Source: Paragordius varius (lineage: Eukaryota > Animalia > Nematomorpha). Taken from it: 64,000 bases of DNA. A model generated the notes under the pieces. It ran no database searches. It saw only the letters and a list, made by a program, of their open reading frames with translations, and was not told where the DNA came from. Position numbers and translations under genes: made by a program. Positions 58,361-64,000 of the stretch are shown here, in pieces. Every line of letters starts with the position of its first letter. Position 1 is the stretch's first letter. Where the stretch lies: positions 7,874,001-7,938,000 of the forward strand of contig OZ176055.1 of NCBI GenBank assembly GCA_964247055.1. Reading direction: 5' to 3'.

Positions 58361-60512
58361 TCTGGTTCCGAAAAACTGTTTATACCAGCATTTCTCTTCC
58401 GAACATAGCTAATTCACATGTTTATGGATTGAAGAAAAGGTCTTTGGGAACGTCTTCTGTGAAAAAACAATTTTATTTGTTCTTCTAGTTTAAATTTGTC
58501 AGTGCCCTCTGTAACAAGATTTTAGTTTTCTTTTTATTCAGTAATTAATAATCAAATACAATCTGCAATATGTTATTATATATTTATTTAGGATAAAAAT
58601 AATTTTTGCCCATGGATAAATGGCTGTTAAATAAGAATTGTAATGACGCAGATATTAATCCAATAAATTCTTCTCAGTCAGTACAAAGTATTGAAAAAGA
58701 GACATCTAATGTGCGAAAAAGAAAATATGATGAGTCTTTCCTTCAATTTGGCTTCACATTTCAAAATTATAATGGGAATGAACAACCTCTTTGTTTGATA
58801 TGCAATGAATTATTGGCTTCGGAGAGTATGAAACCATCAAAATTAAGACGACATTTTGAGTCAAAGCATGTTTTTTCATATGTCAATTAACCTAAAGAAT
58901 ATTTTGAAAGACTGTAATCTTGTAATGTTTGAACCTAAACGTCTTCAACATTTTTTATCAGTGAACGATATTGGGATTTAATGTTTGTTAAAGCTGAGAA
59001 AGTAACTTCACATAAATATATGGTGTTGAATGGCAGAAGTACATTTAACGCCATATCGGCGATTGATTCAGTTCCAATTTAGATCCAGAATTCATTCAAG
59101 GATTTTTTTGGAATTGTAGTTTTAAGTTTGAGTCACACGAAAGCTTAGCAAATTCCTCTTGAGTTTTAAGTGGCAGATGATCAATCTTAAAATCCAAGGC
59201 TTTTGAATCCAAATAATTTTTTTAATAATATTTAATATAAAATATGTCAGGAAATGTATTTCTAGCGCTTTTTAGTGATCTACAATAGTTTTCAATATAA
59301 GTTTTACAATCAATTTTCTCAATTACAAAATTGTAGAATTTGGAAAACATTTCAAACGAATTTTTTTCAACTCTACTTTTCCAAATGCTGATCTCTTTAA
59401 TAAAACTTGCAATTTTTTCGCTTGAAGTATATATATGCATATTTTTCAGTGAAGATACAAGTTGGGATCGTTTACTTCGCAAAAATTTCCGACAAATAAC
59501 ACTTGGATAGCCACAAGTCATTTTGAAAAAAAGCAGCAAATTCTCATTTTTATTCAGTTAAAAATATTTCGATCTCGTCCTTCAATAACAAATAATTATT
59601 TCGGTTTTAAGAGATGGACAAAAATATATGTATTTTTATTAATTTTTATAACATCTTCCAATTAATAGTAAATTTATACAATATATAATAATCGGAATAT
59701 TTGTGCAAATTTTAATTTTTTTATGTTTCAAAACGAATTCTAAATTTATATATTTTCATATGCATATGTATATTGTTTCTTAAGAAATATAGCATCAAAA
59801 AATATTAATTTATTTTTCTTTTATATTTATTGGGGTCGCCAAGAAATTTGCGATCATAAATGGGGTCGCGACTCACAAAAGTTTAAGAAGCCCTGATCTA
59901 ATGGATAGGTCTTCAACCCTCATAAAGGGCGTCACCATAAAAAATGACGGCTAGGAAAATAATTTCGTAAAATATATGAGACCATATAGTTTAAATCATC
60001 GTTTTAGGTTTTTTTGAGTAAAAAATTTTTTTTCCAACGTTTTTTTAAAAGCAGGTTTATACCCTCTCCGAAATGCGCTACCCTAAAATAAAATGGCGCT
60101 TAACTTTTTCATCAAGTTTTTAGAATATATAAAATCTATGTTTTAGGTATCAGTATTTACGCCAAATTTTATGTGCCTCTATTAATAAAGCTCTCTTAAA
60201 TACGACCACCATATAAATTTTAAGTGGCTATAAAACAATTTTTCGGACTAAGAGGTTATATCAGTGGTACACACCAAAACTATTTAAAGCATAGTTGCTG
60301 GACACATCAGATATTTATACTCAAAAATGAGTCTATAAAAAAATTAGTAAATAATTTAGGGTCATGCCGCGAAAGTATCACTGGGTTATATGGATTATAT
60401 AATAATGGCCTAGAATCCCATATAATGGCAAAAAGTTTTTGGCATCAATTCAAATTTTAGCTCAGCGCTTTTTTAAATTCCACCATGGGTAAGTCAATAC
60501 GCCACCATATAT
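57347..60512. repeat. Modular repeat with TATATGGTGGCG blocks flanking the Buster-like hAT
   Basis: tatatggtggcg at about 57347 and 57658; inverted cgccaccatata-type blocks at about 60203 and 60500; probably an older element split by the hAT. Confidence 0.5.
58181..59895 (+). mobile_element. Charlie/Buster-type hAT (ZBED5/SCAND3-like transposase remnants) with internal inversion
   Basis: TIRs caggggttcttaaac/gtttaagaagccctg; TSD atctgatg/atctaatg (7 of 8 match); + strand MDKWL..KRKYDESFLQFGF..PLCLICNELLASESMKPSKLRRHFESKH; C-terminal motifs are on the - strand. Confidence 0.92.
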
Positions 60513-61121
60513 ATATATATTATATCGCTGCGTATTATGATGGCACTAAACTAATTGGTCAAATGAAATAATATGACAGAATGGTTAAAAATGTCCAAAT
60601 TTCAGCTCAAATCTATTTTATTTTCCTCATTTTATTGTGTTATGAAAGTTTCTTTAATAAGTAACAGAAACAGGACACGGATAATGTTTTATTATTATAT
60701 AGGGAAAAGAAAACTTTTAATAAAATAATCATATTAATGGTAAAAAGACACCTAAAAAAGTTGTTTAAAAAAATATATATAATGTCAACAAAATTTAGAG
60801 TCTATTTTTGAATTATCACCATGATTTGATTTTCTATTTTTCAAACATACGAAAGGTTTAAACCGCGTTATAAACACTTTTATACTCAATTTAAAAAACG
60901 ATTGGTTGTAAAAATACACTTTTGTTAGGATAATTTAATGTTTAAATACCTTATGCTCCGCAATATATTTTTAAAATCAATTATTAGGATTGAAACTAGC
61001 CTGATAAAATAAAGGATGGGTTAGGGAATGTTATTGAATTCAGAAAACCAATAAGTTATATATAAAAGCACTATAATATAATAAAAAATGCAATAAAAAC
61101 ATTTATTTACAAATGATTACA

Positions 61122-61313
61122 TTAGTATGTTATTGGTTGTTGTTGTGTGGGAAGTAGATTAAATCGCTTTTTAAGAATATATCTTTCTCTAGAAAATAAA
61201 TCATGAGGCGAAAATTTTGCTGGATGAGCTGACATAGTCGGTTTTCCATTTGGATCATCAAATTTCAGAGTATAGATGCGTTCTCCCTTTTCATTTAAAT
61301 AATATCGAAGCAT
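61122..61313 (-). CDS. NOP10: H/ACA snoRNP subunit Nop10 (63 aa, intronless)
   Basis: [46 protein letters not shown]; AATAAA just downstream. Confidence 0.96.
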   Translation of the reverse strand: MLRYYLNEKGERIYTLKFDDPNGKPTMSAHPAKFSPHDLFSRERYILKKRFNLLPTQQQPITY

Positions 61314-62613
61314 AGTGGAAAAAGTGCCAATATGTTAAAATATATTTATAACTAAAAGTTTTGTAGGAATAAATTATGAAATAATATCATAATTATAAAT
61401 GATACTAAATAACACTTTGGTAAACACTTTAATGTCAAAAAAATTTTTTATGTATTTATTTGGTAATTCTATCACATAGCACAAAATGGTCATAAAAATT
61501 ATTCCGAAAAACATATTCTGATAGGTAATTGATAAGATTCTCATGCTAATGAAGAGAAAGGTAACAAAAATTTTTTGGTAATTGTTAATGGCTCTCCTTA
61601 AAACATTTAAGGTATGGCCTAAAATATTGGCACAAGAAACAAATTATATTTAAATGGTCCTCCATACAAATTTGGGGTTAACCCAGCCAGTGATAAATAT
61701 TTATCAATTGAATTTTATCTAGTCGTATTTATGTAAGATACTAGGAAAAATATAATAGCACTTGGTAATGTCAGAATTGGTGGTGTGTATACAAAATAAA
61801 ATAATTAAATTAACGATTTTTATCATAATTATTGCTCAACGCATTTATGAGTACCTTATTTCAAATAAAAATAATCTATGAATGATACATCAACCGCAGC
61901 TCAGACCGCATGCAGTCCTAACTCTATTTATTACTAATTATGATTTAATTTTAGTATTTATTTTTCAGTATTAAATAAATTCCGTTTAATTCAGTAATTT
62001 CGCAATTATAGAATTTTTATTGAGAAAAATCACTTTTTTAAGTAAAAATATGCTTCGGTTTTTATCATACTCACCTGAAATTATCATCGCACAGCGTCCA
62101 TAAATAACCTGATAAAATATGTATATAATGATAGGAAAATGTCAGGATTTTCATGGTGATTTTTGGTTTTGGCTCTCGAGTGATGTAGGAAAGTTATGAA
62201 CACTGGTGAGAGGTCCATATCGGAAAATGTGCGCACTTTTGAATGAATTCGCTGAAAGCTAAAGGTTTTATTTAAAATTCCAAATATAGAATGAATTACA
62301 TATTAAAACAAAGCAATATTTCCAAAAGTTTAAATTTATAGATGTCAGCTCCGCAAATCCCATTTTTATTCTTCTGAAATGGGCTTTGGCCGATACTAAT
62401 TTTAATATGCTGAATATTTATATCACCTAAAAATATTAAAAAAATGCATATTTTTTTCAAAATTTAATTTTCACCAAAATTTTGTTCAGCGTTCAAACTT
62501 TGAGGCATGAAAAGACATCATAAAAACACTTTTTCTATATAATTTGATGATACTAAACATTTCTATCACTTCAAAATTTTGATTAAAATTTTCGCTCTTC
62601 AAATTCATATTAA

Positions 62614-63688
62614 CACTTGGATACAACATATTCATTTTAGTCCTTCGATTCAAATAGGGATAGTTAAATACCCCAGGCAAGTAATTGAAATCAGGGCAAA
62701 ATTTTGCACTTATATAACTAACAAACCGAAATTTATAAAAAATTTTATTTAAAATACATAATATTACTTATTTTAATCTAAAACCGAAAGGTAAAAATAT
62801 AGTCAACGTGACATGTGTGCAATGGTAAAATTGAGAAATAATACAAAATAAACCGCTTTTTCTATTTCCATCAATGTTAGTTGTAATTTAAATAAAAAAT
62901 TATCTGTAATTTTACACTTAACACTTCTATTCAAATTGGGGTATCTAAATACCCCAAACAAAATTTAAATTAATATTTTTATAAAACTACTGAATGAAAC
63001 GGTCCCAATTTAAATTTATGCTTCTCTCTTAATAAGAATTATATAAATATGCCAAAATATCTAAATAAAATTTCGTTTTGAAAAAAAATGTTCCATGTCA
63101 AACTACTTCGACGCCATTTTTATTTTACAAAATTACAGAATATCGTCTTCATTTAATTTTAAGGCTAATTTTTGAAAAAGCATTTTATTATTATTTTTTG
63201 ATTTTGCAATAGCACACATGTTAAGTTGACTATATTATTACCTTTCGGTTTTAGCTTAAGTTATATCAAGTATTTTAGAATAAATTTTTTTATATATTTC
63301 GGTTTATTAATGCTATATAAGTGCAAAACTTTGCCATGGTTTCGATTGCCTCCATACTTTTTAAAGTATTTTATTTTAAACAGGCCTGGGCTATTTAACT
63401 ACCCCAATTAGAATCGAAAAACTAAAATGAATGTTGTATCCAAGTGTTAAAATTAAATGAGGACGATATTTTGCAAAGTTTTTTAAAATAAACACGGCGT
63501 CGAAGTAGTTTGACATGGAACTTTTTTTCAAAACAAAATTTTATTTAGATATTTTGGCATATTTATATAATTTATATTAGGATAGAAACATATATTTAAA
63601 TTGGGACCGTTTCCTTCAGTAGTTTTTTGAAAATCCTTAACTCAAATTCAGTCTGGGGTATTTAGATACCCCAATTTGAATCGAAGTG
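62614..63688. mobile_element. TTAA MITE containing a second, oppositely oriented copy of itself (62922-63446)
   Basis: Outer copy ttaa|cacttggatac...tcgaagtg|ttaa; inner copy ttaa|cacttctattc...tccaagtg|ttaa; both homologous to 53910-54491. Confidence 0.82.
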
Positions 63689-64000
63689 TTAAGTTAAAAA
63701 TTGTGTTTTTTCACAAAAATGCATCAAAATTTTTAGCCATACCATTCAAATTAAAACGAAGCGATAGAAATGGTTATCCTCCTGAAATCAATAGAGAAAG
63801 TGTTATAATATATAAGTGTTTCTATACCGTTTCCATCATGCCTAAAAATAGTATGAAGTACGTTTCAACAATATTTTGTAACAATTAAATTTTTTAAAAA
63901 ATATGCTTTTTTTAAAAAAATATTAATGTTTAATTTTAGCATATAATTAAAAATTTTATTGCGCACATCCGGCATTTTTGCGTTTATTTAAAAAGAATTA

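Noticed and set aside
60224-60460. 78-aa ORF, and 62486-62680 and 63226-63888 ORFs
   Set aside because: They lie within interspersed repeats/MITEs and have no protein motifs.

Overview
Very AT-rich eukaryotic (animal-like) genomic window. It has no prokaryotic features and no CRISPR array. Splice-aware manual reconstruction (GT-AG sites, exon phases checked by hand) gives six recognisable genes: a GPI-anchored 3xIg+FN3 adhesion protein (+, about 3.4-14.8 kb), centaurin-gamma/AGAP (-, 18.0-30.4 kb, 23 exons), SERAC1 (-, 34.9-46.5 kb, 15 exons), RPL21 (-), SF3B6/p14 (+) and NOP10 (-). It also gives an orphan Tyr-motif-rich protein (+, 46.6-51.7 kb) and a candidate prepropeptide (-, 16.1-16.4 kb). 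Intron sizes are bimodal. Nine introns are only 22-30 nt, and all four whose length is a multiple of 3 contain an in-frame stop. Long introns are filled with DNA-transposon derivatives. These include three unrelated foldback/MITE families that share TA-CCATTT termini and 21-bp subterminal tandem repeats, TA-CAGT MITEs, hAT elements with 8-bp TSDs (one with an inverted transposase segment), and a self-nested TTAA MITE. Two RTE-type LINE remnants and a short 18S rRNA fragment are also present. Two head-to-head gene pairs have only 56 and 106 bp between their start codons. Homology calls come from recalled motifs, not database searches, and the organism cannot be identified from the sequence alone.
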